From the IMG/VR virus record IMGVR_UViG_3300026512_000012, positions 1-63,403 of that record: a stretch of 63,403 nt of DNA, one strand, 5' to 3'. Below, one piece after another: positions 1 to 10,489 of this stretch (within the stretch, counting starts at the first letter, position 1; every line of letters begins with the position of its first letter). The translations under genes and the position numbers were made by a program. A model generated the notes under the pieces. The model searched no databases. It had not been told where the DNA came from and was given only the letters and a program-made list of their open reading frames with translations. This DNA comes from a virus (lineage: Duplodnaviria > Caudoviricetes).

Positions 1-1
1 A

Positions 2-313
2 TTATGGCCTGAAATCATCCAATATATTTCAACAGTAGAGGATGCTGCATATTTAGTTGATTTAATTAATTATAATGCTGATGATGATTTATTCATTGGT
101 TATTTAGTAGCTAAATTTTATGATAAGTATGTTCTAAAAGAAAGAGGACAAGCTATTACAACTGCTCAATCTATTATGATTGAAAAGTTAATTTTAGATA
201 ATTTTGATATAATAAATTATAAATTAACTACTAAAGAAAAAAAGTTAATTCAAAATATGAAACTTAAAGATCAAAATACATTTTTTGATATTGCATCAAA
301 ATTTATAAATTAA
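2..313 (+). CDS. 3' end of a gene truncated by the window edge (possibly the MoxR-type AAA+ ATPase partner of the downstream vWA protein)
   Basis: Open frame from position 2 (LWPEIIQY...ASKFIN) to TAA at 311-313. Identity inferred only from the usual AAA+/vWA gene pairing in N4-like phages. Confidence 0.55.
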   Translation, partial: LWPEIIQYISTVEDAAYLVDLINYNADDDLFIGYLVAKFYDKYVLKERGQAITTAQSIMIEKLILDNFDIINYKLTTKEKKLIQNMKLKDQNTFFDIASKFIN

Positions 314-323
314 AGGATACAAA

Positions 324-1760
324 ATGACAGAACAAGAATTTCTATCTAAAATAGAACATGAAGTATTTACTTCAATACTTACTCAAACTAATTTATTGTT
401 AGCTCAGAGTAAAACAGCATTTTTAGCTACTGGTTTATTTTTAAATTTACCAGCTGCTATTCAATTAAAACAAGTAGATACTCTTTATGATGAAGATTAT
501 CCATTACCTAAAAAATTATCTATTCAAGATTTAATAGATTCTGTTTCAACAGATATTACTGATGAAAAAGTTGTATTTACAATTTTTTATCAAGATAAAA
601 AACATCTAAAGAGATTAACTAAAGTAATTGATAAATATATTATTTATTTTTCATATAAATATTTTGCAGCTTTACAAACAATATTAAGAAAACATACCAC
701 TAATGCATATCAAGCAGCAATGTTTCGTATTGTGCAAAAGAATGAATCTCCTTTCTATCTTATACAGGTAGCATCAACATACGCTATTAATAAATTTATT
801 ATTGAAATGATAGATTTAATAAATAATACTAGTAAATGGGAAACTATTAGATCTATTATACCTGTATATACAGATCAAACTTTAGTTACAGAAGTACAAA
901 TTCTTTTAGATATGGTTAAAAATTCACCTAAGCTTAAGATTAAAAAAGTTAAAGGAAAATATGTTAAAATTTCTACCATAAATATGGAATATATTACTGA
1001 AGAAAAACAAGATGCTTTACCTAATGATTCATTTAATGGTGCTCAATCTATTGGAAAACAAGATAGATCAATAGTCACTTTGTCAAACCAATTACAACAA
1101 TCTATATCTACATCCACTAAAGGTACTGCTATTGGTACGCTTATGAATCAATTATTTGATGAAATAAAAATTGATGCTAATTGGTTTAATAAACTTAAAA
1201 AGTCATTTGAAACTACTATGTATCATAAAACTCAAGGAGGTTCAACTTCTTGGGAAAATATTTCTCAAACTTACAGACATATTTATACAGCACCTGTTAC
1301 ACAAAATACTGAATCTAAAGTTAGATTAATTATATCTATTGATACATCTGGCTCTATACATACAACAGAACTTCAAAAAGTTTTATCTATAATCAAACAA
1401 CATTCTAAAAAAATTGCAGAAGTTTATATTTATCATCATACTTCAGATATAGTTGCTCAATATCATATTGTAGATACAAACGATATTCAAAATAATTTTA
1501 AATTTAAACAAGCTTTTAGTTGTAGAATGGGTACAGGTGGTACATCACATTTTAGAGTATTTAAAGCTATTAAAAAGCTTAAAATTAAAAACCCTGAAGA
1601 ATGGGTATATATTTGTATGTCTGATATGTATTCTGATATAGAATCAGCATTACCTAAATACCCAATTATTAGTAAACTTACACCATATTGGTTAACAACT
1701 TCTGATGGTCGTAAACTTAATCCATCTATAGTAGGTGGAACTACAATTGTAATGCCGTAG
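324..1760 (+). CDS. vWA-domain protein with DUF2201/N4 gp25-like architecture; N-terminal metallopeptidase motif appears degenerate
   Basis: MIDAS DTSGS, GTGGTS and SDMY in the C-terminal half; QVASTYAIN resembles the NxAxDxxIN motif; AAGGA RBS. Confidence 0.75.
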   Translation: MTEQEFLSKIEHEVFTSILTQTNLLLAQSKTAFLATGLFLNLPAAIQLKQVDTLYDEDYPLPKKLSIQDLIDSVSTDITDEKVVFTIFYQDKKHLKRLTKVIDKYIIYFSYKYFAALQTILRKHTTNAYQAAMFRIVQKNESPFYLIQVASTYAINKFIIEMIDLINNTSKWETIRSIIPVYTDQTLVTEVQILLDMVKNSPKLKIKKVKGKYVKISTINMEYITEEKQDALPNDSFNGAQSIGKQDRSIVTLSNQLQQSISTSTKGTAIGTLMNQLFDEIKIDANWFNKLKKSFETTMYHKTQGGSTSWENISQTYRHIYTAPVTQNTESKVRLIISIDTSGSIHTTELQKVLSIIKQHSKKIAEVYIYHHTSDIVAQYHIVDTNDIQNNFKFKQAFSCRMGTGGTSHFRVFKAIKKLKIKNPEEWVYICMSDMYSDIESALPKYPIISKLTPYWLTTSDGRKLNPSIVGGTTIVMP

Positions 1761-1796
1761 AAAATTTCTACGACATTACATTCACTAAGGATTAAT

Positions 1797-2870
1797 ATGA
1801 CATTACCAACATTATACAAACGTACTAAAACTAATTCTATTCAAATATGCGATATTACTACTTCAACAGATACTTATACAGTATCTTTTGGTAAACTTAA
1901 TGGTAAAATGCAAACTAAAACAACTATTTGCTATCCTAAGAATATTAATCGTAGTAATGCCACTACAGTTGAGCAGCAAGCAGTAATAGAAGCACAAGCC
2001 AAATGGAATAAAAAGATAAAATCTGGTTATTCTACATCAAAAGAAGCACCAATTACTGTACAACTTCCTATGAAAGTTGGTAAGTATCAAGATTATGAAT
2101 CTAAAATTAAATTTCCGGCTATTGCTACTATTAAATACAATGGAGTTAATGTTATATTTCGAATTGTAGATAATATTTTAAAATGTTATTCAAGAGGTGG
2201 TGAAGAATATCAAGTACCACCTCATTTAAAGCAACCTATTTTAAATACTTTACTAGCTTATAGACAATCATCTATTAATTGTGAATTGTATTCTCATAAT
2301 GAGTACTTACAAGATATACAAGCAGCTGTTACAAAACATAATAATTTAACTTCTAAATTAATAGCTATAGCATTTGATTTTCCAGATTTAAATCTTAATT
2401 TTGAAAAGAGACATAAAGTATTACAAACTATAACAACTATGCATGTAGCATATCCTGAATTTATTAAAGTACATAATCATACAGAAATCAAATCTTATCT
2501 TTCACATGCTATGCATAATGGTTATGAGGGATTAGTTATTAAAAATTTAAATGGTATGTATAAATATAATATTCGTACATTATCTCAATTTAAATATAAA
2601 CTAACACAAGATGCAGAATTTAAAATTAAAGCTTTTTCAGTAGATAAAAATAAACATCCTGTATTCGTATTAGAATCAAAAGGTGGTGATTTTAAAGCTA
2701 AACCAAAAGGTACTAATGAGCAACGATCAGCTCTTTTACAACAAGCACCAAATTTAATTGGAAAATATGCTACAATAGAATTTGAAACTTACAGTAAATT
2801 AAATAAACCATTAAAACCTGTGTTTATTCAAGTTCGTAATTGTGATAAATCAGGAAATCCATTGGAATAA
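1797..2870 (+). CDS. ATP-dependent DNA ligase with N-terminal WGR-like domain
   Basis: Motif I KYNG (canonical KxDG), YSRGG, CELY, AFD, YEGLVIK, KYK, and a C-terminal OB fold ending PLKPVFIQVR. Confidence 0.9.
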   Translation: MTLPTLYKRTKTNSIQICDITTSTDTYTVSFGKLNGKMQTKTTICYPKNINRSNATTVEQQAVIEAQAKWNKKIKSGYSTSKEAPITVQLPMKVGKYQDYESKIKFPAIATIKYNGVNVIFRIVDNILKCYSRGGEEYQVPPHLKQPILNTLLAYRQSSINCELYSHNEYLQDIQAAVTKHNNLTSKLIAIAFDFPDLNLNFEKRHKVLQTITTMHVAYPEFIKVHNHTEIKSYLSHAMHNGYEGLVIKNLNGMYKYNIRTLSQFKYKLTQDAEFKIKAFSVDKNKHPVFVLESKGGDFKAKPKGTNEQRSALLQQAPNLIGKYATIEFETYSKLNKPLKPVFIQVRNCDKSGNPLE

Positions 2871-2872
2871 CT

Positions 2873-3154
2873 ATGCATGAATACCAAAATATTAAAAATG
2901 ATAATGAATTTTCTTTTAAATTATTTAAAAAATATTGTGAAAGAAATAAGCCAAATTCATTTGATATTAAAAAATATATAGATATTTGTTATCTTATATC
3001 AAAAAATAAATATAAACCATTACCAGAACGATTTTTAATATATTTATTAAAAAATTATTATTCCAAAAATATACTTAAACCCTATGACCCATTTTATAGA
3101 TATTTAAACATACCCTCTCATATACTAAAATTATTAAACAAGGATAGGCACTAA
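2873..3154 (+). CDS. hypothetical protein
   Basis: 93-aa ORF tightly packed in the operon; no motif recognised. Confidence 0.6.
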   Translation: MHEYQNIKNDNEFSFKLFKKYCERNKPNSFDIKKYIDICYLISKNKYKPLPERFLIYLLKNYYSKNILKPYDPFYRYLNIPSHILKLLNKDRH

Positions 3155-3155
3155 A

Positions 3156-4313
3156 ATGACAGATGAAGAGAAAAAAATTTTAAAAAATATTTTACAAGCT
3201 AAAGATATAATGAAAACAAAAACTATTTATAATAATATTATAGTTAATGGTTATACAAATTTAGAAGCATTAAGAAATAGACTATATATTGAACAAGTAT
3301 CTGAAGAAACATTTATATTTATAACAAGTTTATGTTATACATCTTTTCCTAAAAATGGAAGATATATGCCTTTATATATTCTTACATCTTTACGAAATAC
3401 TTATAAAAATTTATGTAAAAAATCTTTATATAATGTAATTATACAAACTAAAAATTTTTATTATGATTTAACAAGTGAACAAGCTGAAAAGATTTTACCA
3501 GATCTTTTATTAAAAAAGTATTATAAAAATAAAAATACTAAAATTAAACAAAATGAATTATTAAATATTACTTTAAATACTTTTGCTTTTAATATATTTA
3601 AAAACAATATAAGTAAACTAAAATATATAACAATTAAAGATTCTTTATATTATTTAAGTATATTAAGAGAATTACAAATAAAAACTATAAATAATTCAAA
3701 ACATGAAAATTATCATCGTAACGATAAAGTTAAGTTATTGTTTGAATATGCTGGACTTATTTTTAATAAAACTAGAAATCCAAATACAAAAATTTATAAT
3801 AATTTAGAAAAATTAAGTAAATGTAATAGTTTATGTAGTTCTTATCAATATTGTTTACCTAATACATGTTTAGAACGAATAACAGATTGGAATTTTTTTG
3901 AAGAAAAATTTACTGATTTGAATTTTACATTTACTTTTTCATATAATCTATTTAGTAATATTATAACACATTATGTAAAATTTGATGTACATGCAGTATT
4001 TAATACTCTAAATTATACTAGTTTTAGTAATTTAGATATTCATAGAATTGAAAGTTTAAAAAATTATTCTGATAATACACTTAATGTTTTATATTATTTG
4101 TTAAAATATACTTCTAAAATAAATAAAACTTTTGCTAAAATGAAATGGGTTAAAGAAATAGTTACATTATTAGAATCCACTACATTACCTGAATTTAGAT
4201 ATAATAACTCAAGAGAACTTTATAATTTTGAAACTTATGTCTATAAACAACTTGAAGTAATCTCAATAAATGAAAAATTCCCACAATTTCCATTAAAGAA
4301 TAATAATGATTAA
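3156..4313 (+). CDS. hypothetical protein (very AT-rich; N/K/Y/I-rich)
   Basis: 385-aa ORF with AAGGA upstream; overlaps the next start. Confidence 0.75.
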   Translation: MTDEEKKILKNILQAKDIMKTKTIYNNIIVNGYTNLEALRNRLYIEQVSEETFIFITSLCYTSFPKNGRYMPLYILTSLRNTYKNLCKKSLYNVIIQTKNFYYDLTSEQAEKILPDLLLKKYYKNKNTKIKQNELLNITLNTFAFNIFKNNISKLKYITIKDSLYYLSILRELQIKTINNSKHENYHRNDKVKLLFEYAGLIFNKTRNPNTKIYNNLEKLSKCNSLCSSYQYCLPNTCLERITDWNFFEEKFTDLNFTFTFSYNLFSNIITHYVKFDVHAVFNTLNYTSFSNLDIHRIESLKNYSDNTLNVLYYLLKYTSKINKTFAKMKWVKEIVTLLESTTLPEFRYNNSRELYNFETYVYKQLEVISINEKFPQFPLKNNND

Positions 4314-4758
4314 TTATTTTATAGCATTTGATCCAGGTGCTAATGGGGCTATGTGTATTTTAGGATCAGATAATTCAACTCAATTTTGGGATTTTAAATC
4401 ATCAAATATTTCTGGTTATACAATTGCTTTATCAACTGTTACTCCAGCTTTAGTTGCAATAGAAGCAGTATCATCTATGCCTGGGCAAGGTGTTAAATCT
4501 ATGTTTTCATTTGGACAACGATTAGGTGAACTTGAAGGTATGTTACAAACTCTTAATATTGGTTATATTAAACCAAGACCTCGTGAATGGCAAAAAGTAT
4601 GTCGTATTAAACCTAAATCAGGTAAAAAAGGAGTCTATGATGTTATCTCTAAAATTTATCCCAAAGCCATTCTCAAAGGTTCTCGTGGCGGTCTTCTTGA
4701 TGGTCGCTGTGATGCCCTTGGTATTGCTCATTATTTACGAACTATCTATAATAACTAA
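4306..4758 (+). CDS. RuvC-like Holliday junction resolvase
   Basis: IAFDPGANGA, VAIE, SMFSFG, PREWQK and DGRCDALGIA give the RuvC acidic catalytic pattern. Confidence 0.85.
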   Translation: MINYFIAFDPGANGAMCILGSDNSTQFWDFKSSNISGYTIALSTVTPALVAIEAVSSMPGQGVKSMFSFGQRLGELEGMLQTLNIGYIKPRPREWQKVCRIKPKSGKKGVYDVISKIYPKAILKGSRGGLLDGRCDALGIAHYLRTIYNN

Positions 4759-4767
4759 ATAAAAATT

Positions 4768-4947
4768 ATGAAATTAAAAAATTATAATGATTTTGAATAT
4801 AGTATTTTAAAAAAGGTTATTCATAAATTTACAAAACAAGAATTAATAAATTTAGATAACAGTATTTTTAAAATTACTGATTCACAAATATACTATAAAT
4901 TTAATGAATTATTACGATCACAATTACATAAACTGAAAAAGGAATAA
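4768..4947 (+). CDS. small hypothetical protein (59 aa, not in the ORF track)
   Basis: ATG 4768 to TAA 4945-4947 (MKLKNYNDFEY...HKLKKE) fills the resolvase-polymerase gap and contains the polymerase RBS. Confidence 0.55.
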   Translation: MKLKNYNDFEYSILKKVIHKFTKQELINLDNSIFKITDSQIYYKFNELLRSQLHKLKKE

Positions 4948-4948
4948 A

Positions 4949-7060
4949 ATGCTAACAATAGTCTATGATATTGAAACAACTGGTTTGTCTATTGATAGTA
5001 ATATTCATTGTATAGGTTTACAATGTATCCTAGATGACCAAATCCAACCTGTTAAATGTTATACATCTCTTTATACTCCTAATAGTAATGGTAACCTTAG
5101 AGGGGCTCTTAAGCTACTTAAAACAGCAGATATTCTAGTTGGACATAACTCTATTAGTTATGACACACCTTTAGTAGAACATTTCTTTAATACTAAATTT
5201 AAAGCAGAGCAATTTGATACATTATTATTATCTAAATTAATGTTTAATAAAGAACAACTTATGAATATGGATCGCGGAATACCCCTTATAGAATCAAAAG
5301 ATTGGGGTAAATACTCTTTAGATACTTTTGGTAAGCGTTTAGGAACATTTAAAGATCATTATGAAGATTGGACTAAACTAACAACAGAAATGGTTGATTA
5401 TTGTAAACAAGATGTTAAAGTAACAACAACTCTTTACAATAAACTACTATCTATGCCTAATTTTCCAACACAAAAAGTAATTGCAGTAGAAAATCAAGTA
5501 TTACAAATTATTAATCAACAAGAACAAAATGGTATTTATTTTGATAAAGAAAAAGCTAAAAAATTATCTTTAAAATTAACATTTGAAAAAATATCAATTG
5601 AAAATAAATTAGCTAAACAATTTAGACCTATGTTTCTACCAGATGGCAAACCACAAAAAACTAACCGTAAAATTAAACGAAAACTTTATATACCTAATGA
5701 TAATTATAAAAATCAATGGATAGCATATACACCTTATTATAAACCATTAAAACGATTTAAATCAGGTAAATTAAAATTACCAGCTAAAAATAAATATAAG
5801 TATTTTAATACTCCACATAAACTCATCTATATTGAAAAAGAAGGTGAATTTCAAAATATTAAACTTACTAAATTTACAGCTACTGATAATCAAATTAAAG
5901 TATGGTTAAAACGATTATATAATTTTGAATTTACTACTTATACAGATAAAGGTAATGTTAGAGTAGATCGTGACGATCTTGAAGCATTAGGAGATTACGG
6001 TAAAAATCTTAGGCGTCTCATGAAAGTAAAAAAGGATTTATCACAATTATCAGATGCTACTGGTTCGTTATTCAACAATATTCGTGAAGATTCTACCATT
6101 AGTACACATATTGATACAAATGGAACTGCTACGGGTAGGTTTACATCTAATAGCCCTAACCTTTCACAAATTCCTTCTCAACAAGAATTTAGAGAATTAT
6201 TTTGTGTTCCATCTAATGATTATGATTTTATAGGTACTGATTTTGATGGAGCAGAAAATGTAGTTCTTTCAGAACTTTTATACCCATATGATAATGGAAA
6301 TCTTGATCATATTATAAATCATGGTAATAAATCTAAACAAACTGATCTTCATTCACTTAATGCAAAAGCTATGAGTTTACCTACTCATACCATCTCAAGA
6401 GATGATGGAAAATCTATTTGGTTTGGTAAATTATATGGCTCTTCTCCAACACTTACAGGTTTTACAATTTTAGGTAATTCTGATTATACAAATTATACAA
6501 CTACTGAATTTGAAATTATGGAAAAGAAACTTAAAAAAAGAGCTGTTAATATTAAAAGTAATTCTAATTTATTTTATCCTATCAAAAAAGGACAATTAGT
6601 ATTATTTAATGAACAATTAATTAAACAAGCTTTATTTGGTAAATATGTTCAAGAGAAACTTACAGAAAATACAATAGGACTTGCTGAATTAGAAAGAGAT
6701 TTAGCTAAACAATATCATAAAACAAAATCTGTTGGAACCTTAGGTGGTAGAGTACTTCATGTTAATAGTAGTCATAAAATGCTTAATTATTCTTGTCAAG
6801 GAGCTAATGCAGAAGCTATTAAATATTATCTTATTGAATATCATAAACAATGTGAAAAATTAGGAATGGTACATGGTTATGATTATAAACAAAATTTATG
6901 TATCTATGATGAAGTAGATATAACTTGTAAAAAGAAATGGACACCATACCTTAAAGATATTCTTAAAGAAGCTTATACTACAATTTCAAGACAATTAGGT
7001 ATGCAGACCACCTTCACAGGTGAAATAAAAATAGGTGATAATTGGTGGCAAGTTCATTAA
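4949..7060 (+). CDS. family A (T7 gp5-like) DNA polymerase with 3'-5' exonuclease
   Basis: Exo I YDIETTG, Exo II GHNSISYD, Exo III YCKQDV; GTATGRFTSNSPNLSQIP; motif A GTDFDGAE; motif B RDDGKSIWFGKLYG; motif C IYDE. Confidence 0.93.
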   Translation: MLTIVYDIETTGLSIDSNIHCIGLQCILDDQIQPVKCYTSLYTPNSNGNLRGALKLLKTADILVGHNSISYDTPLVEHFFNTKFKAEQFDTLLLSKLMFNKEQLMNMDRGIPLIESKDWGKYSLDTFGKRLGTFKDHYEDWTKLTTEMVDYCKQDVKVTTTLYNKLLSMPNFPTQKVIAVENQVLQIINQQEQNGIYFDKEKAKKLSLKLTFEKISIENKLAKQFRPMFLPDGKPQKTNRKIKRKLYIPNDNYKNQWIAYTPYYKPLKRFKSGKLKLPAKNKYKYFNTPHKLIYIEKEGEFQNIKLTKFTATDNQIKVWLKRLYNFEFTTYTDKGNVRVDRDDLEALGDYGKNLRRLMKVKKDLSQLSDATGSLFNNIREDSTISTHIDTNGTATGRFTSNSPNLSQIPSQQEFRELFCVPSNDYDFIGTDFDGAENVVLSELLYPYDNGNLDHIINHGNKSKQTDLHSLNAKAMSLPTHTISRDDGKSIWFGKLYGSSPTLTGFTILGNSDYTNYTTTEFEIMEKKLKKRAVNIKSNSNLFYPIKKGQLVLFNEQLIKQALFGKYVQEKLTENTIGLAELERDLAKQYHKTKSVGTLGGRVLHVNSSHKMLNYSCQGANAEAIKYYLIEYHKQCEKLGMVHGYDYKQNLCIYDEVDITCKKKWTPYLKDILKEAYTTISRQLGMQTTFTGEIKIGDNWWQVH

Positions 7061-7084
7061 ATCAAATTGATTTAGAATTGTATA

Positions 7085-7111
7085 GGGAGTTTAAGTTCAA
7101 CTCCCGATTTT
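7085..7111 (+). terminator. probable intrinsic terminator after the DNA polymerase
   Basis: GGGAGTT-taagttc-AACTCCC stem followed by gatttt. Confidence 0.55.
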
Positions 7112-7149
7112 ATATAAAATACAATTAATTAAATAATAAAGGAAATATA

Positions 7150-7488
7150 ATGCGAAAAATAACAGCATATATTAGAGCTAGAGAATTAGCTAAGAATTTA
7201 AAAAGAAATTATTATCATCCTGAAAGATCCACTTTAAAGAGTAAAAATTATTGGGAATATAGTTCCCAAAATACTGAACAAAAGTATAATACTTTAATGG
7301 CAATTAAACTTAATAGTACATTTTCGGAATTTCCAAAAGAATTTATACCATATTGTGATGAATGTGACGCTCAAATTTTAGGTGATTACTATTTAACAAT
7401 TGGACAAGATCCTGAAATTGGAGGCCCTAGCATTTCTCCTATTTGTCCTCAATGTGTAAAAAACTTATGTAAACTTATACAAGAATAA
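7150..7488 (+). CDS. small CxxC...CxxC zinc-finger-like protein
   Basis: CDEC and CPQC; AAGGA RBS. Confidence 0.7.
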   Translation: MRKITAYIRARELAKNLKRNYYHPERSTLKSKNYWEYSSQNTEQKYNTLMAIKLNSTFSEFPKEFIPYCDECDAQILGDYYLTIGQDPEIGGPSISPICPQCVKNLCKLIQE

Positions 7489-7508
7489 CTAAATAATAAA
7501 GGAATATT

Positions 7509-9719
7509 ATGTTAGAAAAAACTAAAGAATATTTAAAAAATGCAGGTGCTCTAAACACAACAATGGCTCCTATAATTCAATTACTTATTAAAGCAATGCC
7601 TGATCCTACTATTCCTTTACGATTTAAACAAACATTAGCAGTATCAGAACTAATGTTATTTGCTTCTCATCTTCGTAGAAACATACAACATTGGGATTCT
7701 ACATCAGTACCAACTAATGCTATTACATTTATTTTATCTACATCAGGATCAGGTAAAGACTCATCTGTCAAAGCTATTCGTAAATGTTTTACAGAAGGTT
7801 ACAAGATTATTGATAATCACCGTAAATCAGTAGCTAAACAAAAAGCTATTACTAAAGCATTCGAAGCAGGTCTTGAAATGCCTTCTGAATTTGCAACTTA
7901 TAAAGATTTCTATATTAAACCAGAAGAACTATTTGCTGCTCCTGATTCTACTATTAAAGGTCTAACTAAACATTTTAATCAGCTAGAAGAATCTGGAATA
8001 GGTGCCGGCTATGTTTATTCAGGTGAATTTTCAACAGAAATGTCTAATGGTTCAGCAGGTGAACTTATGAAATTTATGTCAGAAGTTTATGATACTGGAA
8101 ATAAAGAAATTAAACTTATAGGAGCTAAAGATGAACAACTTAAGTCACTTAAATCATTACCTGTTTCAGCTTTATTTCAAGGTTCAGCAGCACCTATTCT
8201 ATATGATGAAAATATTAAAAAATTATTTAAAACTGAATTTAATAGTAAACTTGCTCGAAGATCATTCTTTTGTTTTATTAAAAAAACTATTACTCTTAAA
8301 ACTTATACAGGAAAAAATGCTGTTAAAGATATGTTACAAGATGAAATAGATCTTGAGAATCAAGCAATAGAAACTAGAAAACAAATTAATAAAGCTATAA
8401 AAGATTTAACTACAAAAGCTATTCCATTAGTTAATCAACCTTTAGAGATATCCCCTGAAGTTAGAGAAATATTCTTAGTATATAAAAGATATAATAATGA
8501 AATAGCTAAATCTTTAGAAACAACTCATCCTATTTCTGCACTAGTACGAAAACATCTACAATGGAAAGCTTTAAAATTAGCAGGTGCTTTATCCATTTAT
8601 CCAGATCATAGCCAAGTAGAATTAATAGATTATATTTATGCTATAAATTATTGTGAATTAATAACACCAGATATATTATCATTTGAAGAAGAACTTGTTA
8701 AAGAACCTTATCAATATTTTGCTGATTATATGAAGTCAATAGCCATATCTAATAAGGCTACTATTACACTTCATCAATTACGCAAACTTGGCTACATACC
8801 AACTACAGGTTCGTCTAAAAATCGTCTTATAGAGCTTACTAAATTAGCAGCTTCTTATGATCCACAAGGTGTTTACTTACCAACTGAGAATAGTATTACT
8901 TATGAACATCTTGAACCGACACCAATATCTGGTGTTTCATATGTGCCAGTATCAGGTTCTAAACAACAACGAGCTAAACAATGTGCTACTAATTTTCAAT
9001 TTCAAGAAATAACTTTTCCTCAAATTGCTAATTTACTTAAAAAAGATTTAGCATATTCCTCTTTTCAATTTAAAGATGGAATAAGAGGCAAAGATAGCAT
9101 CATTGGAGGTACTAAATGGATTATTTTAGATATAGATAATTCAGTAATAACTGCTGAAGATTGTCATTATATCCTACAGGATATTAACCATCATATTGCT
9201 TTAACATCTGATTCAAATAATGATTTTAAATTTAGAGTAATCCTAGAATTAGACTCATTTGTTGATATAGATAATAAAATTTGGAGATATTTTATAGAAT
9301 CTATTGCTTCATCATTAGCATTAACAACAGATTTCTTACCTAAATCTCAAATATTCTTTTCATATGCTGATAGAGAAGTCTTATCAATAACTGATAAAAT
9401 GCCTATCCAAGCTAGAGATCATATCTTAATAGCAACAGATAAAGCTACTGAAAAGATTAAACCTGCTAAAGCACCAACAAAAACAGAAGCTAAAGCATTA
9501 ATAGACAATCCATACTCAACATTTAATTTTGCTTTTGAGTGTCCTGAAAATGGTTCAGGTACAAGAACATTAATAGCAGCTGCATTCAAAGCTAAAGAAT
9601 TAGGTATGGATAATGATGCTATAATAGAATTACTTACTAAAATCAATGATTATTGGGCATCACCTATGCCTACACAACGATTTCAAGATACTATATTATC
9701 TGTAGTACAACGATTATAA
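7509..9719 (+). CDS. primase/helicase-like protein (N-terminal P-loop NTPase, C-terminal primase-like region); probable N4-type primase
   Basis: Walker A STSGSGKDS; C-terminal WIILDID, HHIALTS, KFRVIL and a PriCT-like helical end. Confidence 0.72.
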   Translation: MLEKTKEYLKNAGALNTTMAPIIQLLIKAMPDPTIPLRFKQTLAVSELMLFASHLRRNIQHWDSTSVPTNAITFILSTSGSGKDSSVKAIRKCFTEGYKIIDNHRKSVAKQKAITKAFEAGLEMPSEFATYKDFYIKPEELFAAPDSTIKGLTKHFNQLEESGIGAGYVYSGEFSTEMSNGSAGELMKFMSEVYDTGNKEIKLIGAKDEQLKSLKSLPVSALFQGSAAPILYDENIKKLFKTEFNSKLARRSFFCFIKKTITLKTYTGKNAVKDMLQDEIDLENQAIETRKQINKAIKDLTTKAIPLVNQPLEISPEVREIFLVYKRYNNEIAKSLETTHPISALVRKHLQWKALKLAGALSIYPDHSQVELIDYIYAINYCELITPDILSFEEELVKEPYQYFADYMKSIAISNKATITLHQLRKLGYIPTTGSSKNRLIELTKLAASYDPQGVYLPTENSITYEHLEPTPISGVSYVPVSGSKQQRAKQCATNFQFQEITFPQIANLLKKDLAYSSFQFKDGIRGKDSIIGGTKWIILDIDNSVITAEDCHYILQDINHHIALTSDSNNDFKFRVILELDSFVDIDNKIWRYFIESIASSLALTTDFLPKSQIFFSYADREVLSITDKMPIQARDHILIATDKATEKIKPAKAPTKTEAKALIDNPYSTFNFAFECPENGSGTRTLIAAAFKAKELGMDNDAIIELLTKINDYWASPMPTQRFQDTILSVVQRL

Positions 9720-9828
9720 AGTATGAAAGATTAAATATACACATTACTGTTACCTAATTAGCCCTACATTCAATTTAAATACTTAATTTGATGAATCCAT
9801 TAGACACATACACAAATAAGCTTAAAAC

Positions 9829-9866
9829 GGATTGTAGAACATATTATTAGTATTGTTCCACAATCC
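9829..9866. other. long intergenic inverted repeat
   Basis: GGATTGTAGAACA...TGTTCCACAATCC: 13-bp arms with one mismatch. Confidence 0.6.
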
Positions 9867-9896
9867 ATTTAAATACTCAAACTTAAAGGAACTATA

Positions 9897-10136
9897 ATGA
9901 AATACTTTGCTACATTTGGTAGTGATCAACTACAAAATTTTAATGTTAACCCTATGAAGGTAATGTTAACTAGTAACAATGAGCATACACTAAGAACAAG
10001 ATTGCAAAAACCACCATTCAATAATAATTATTGTACAACATATCCTATCGAAAGAGCATCAGAAATGATTAAAAAATACAATATGCAATTATATACCATA
10101 GAAGAATTATTAAAATTACAATCCAAGGAGAATTAA
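9897..10136 (+). CDS. hypothetical phage protein
   Basis: 79 aa, AAGGA RBS, N-terminal YFATFG. Confidence 0.75.
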   Translation: MKYFATFGSDQLQNFNVNPMKVMLTSNNEHTLRTRLQKPPFNNNYCTTYPIERASEMIKKYNMQLYTIEELLKLQSKEN

Positions 10137-10358
10137 ATGACAACATTTACAGTAATATACAATCCACCTTTATCAGTAGATTTTATATTTAAAGTTAAGC
10201 TTAACATAACACCAAGTATGGTTGACCTTTCAGAAGAATCTGCTCAATATCCAATTGAACACTTAATTAAAGAATACAAACATTATATAGAATTTGAAGA
10301 AGATATTAAAACATTGCAAGAATATTTAATTAAAGGTATATCCTATATAGAGATATAG
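10137..10358 (+). CDS. hypothetical protein
   Basis: 73 aa, AAGGAG RBS, abuts the previous stop. Confidence 0.7.
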   Translation: MTTFTVIYNPPLSVDFIFKVKLNITPSMVDLSEESAQYPIEHLIKEYKHYIEFEEDIKTLQEYLIKGISYIEI

Positions 10359-10489
10359 ATGTTCTAAATAACAAATTCAATACTAATATATTTTTATGTT
10401 CCCATTATTATTATATATTAATAGAAGCGTTTTTTAATATATACACTAAATACCTAAATTTAGGGAAGTACAGCCATTTTGATATGTAT

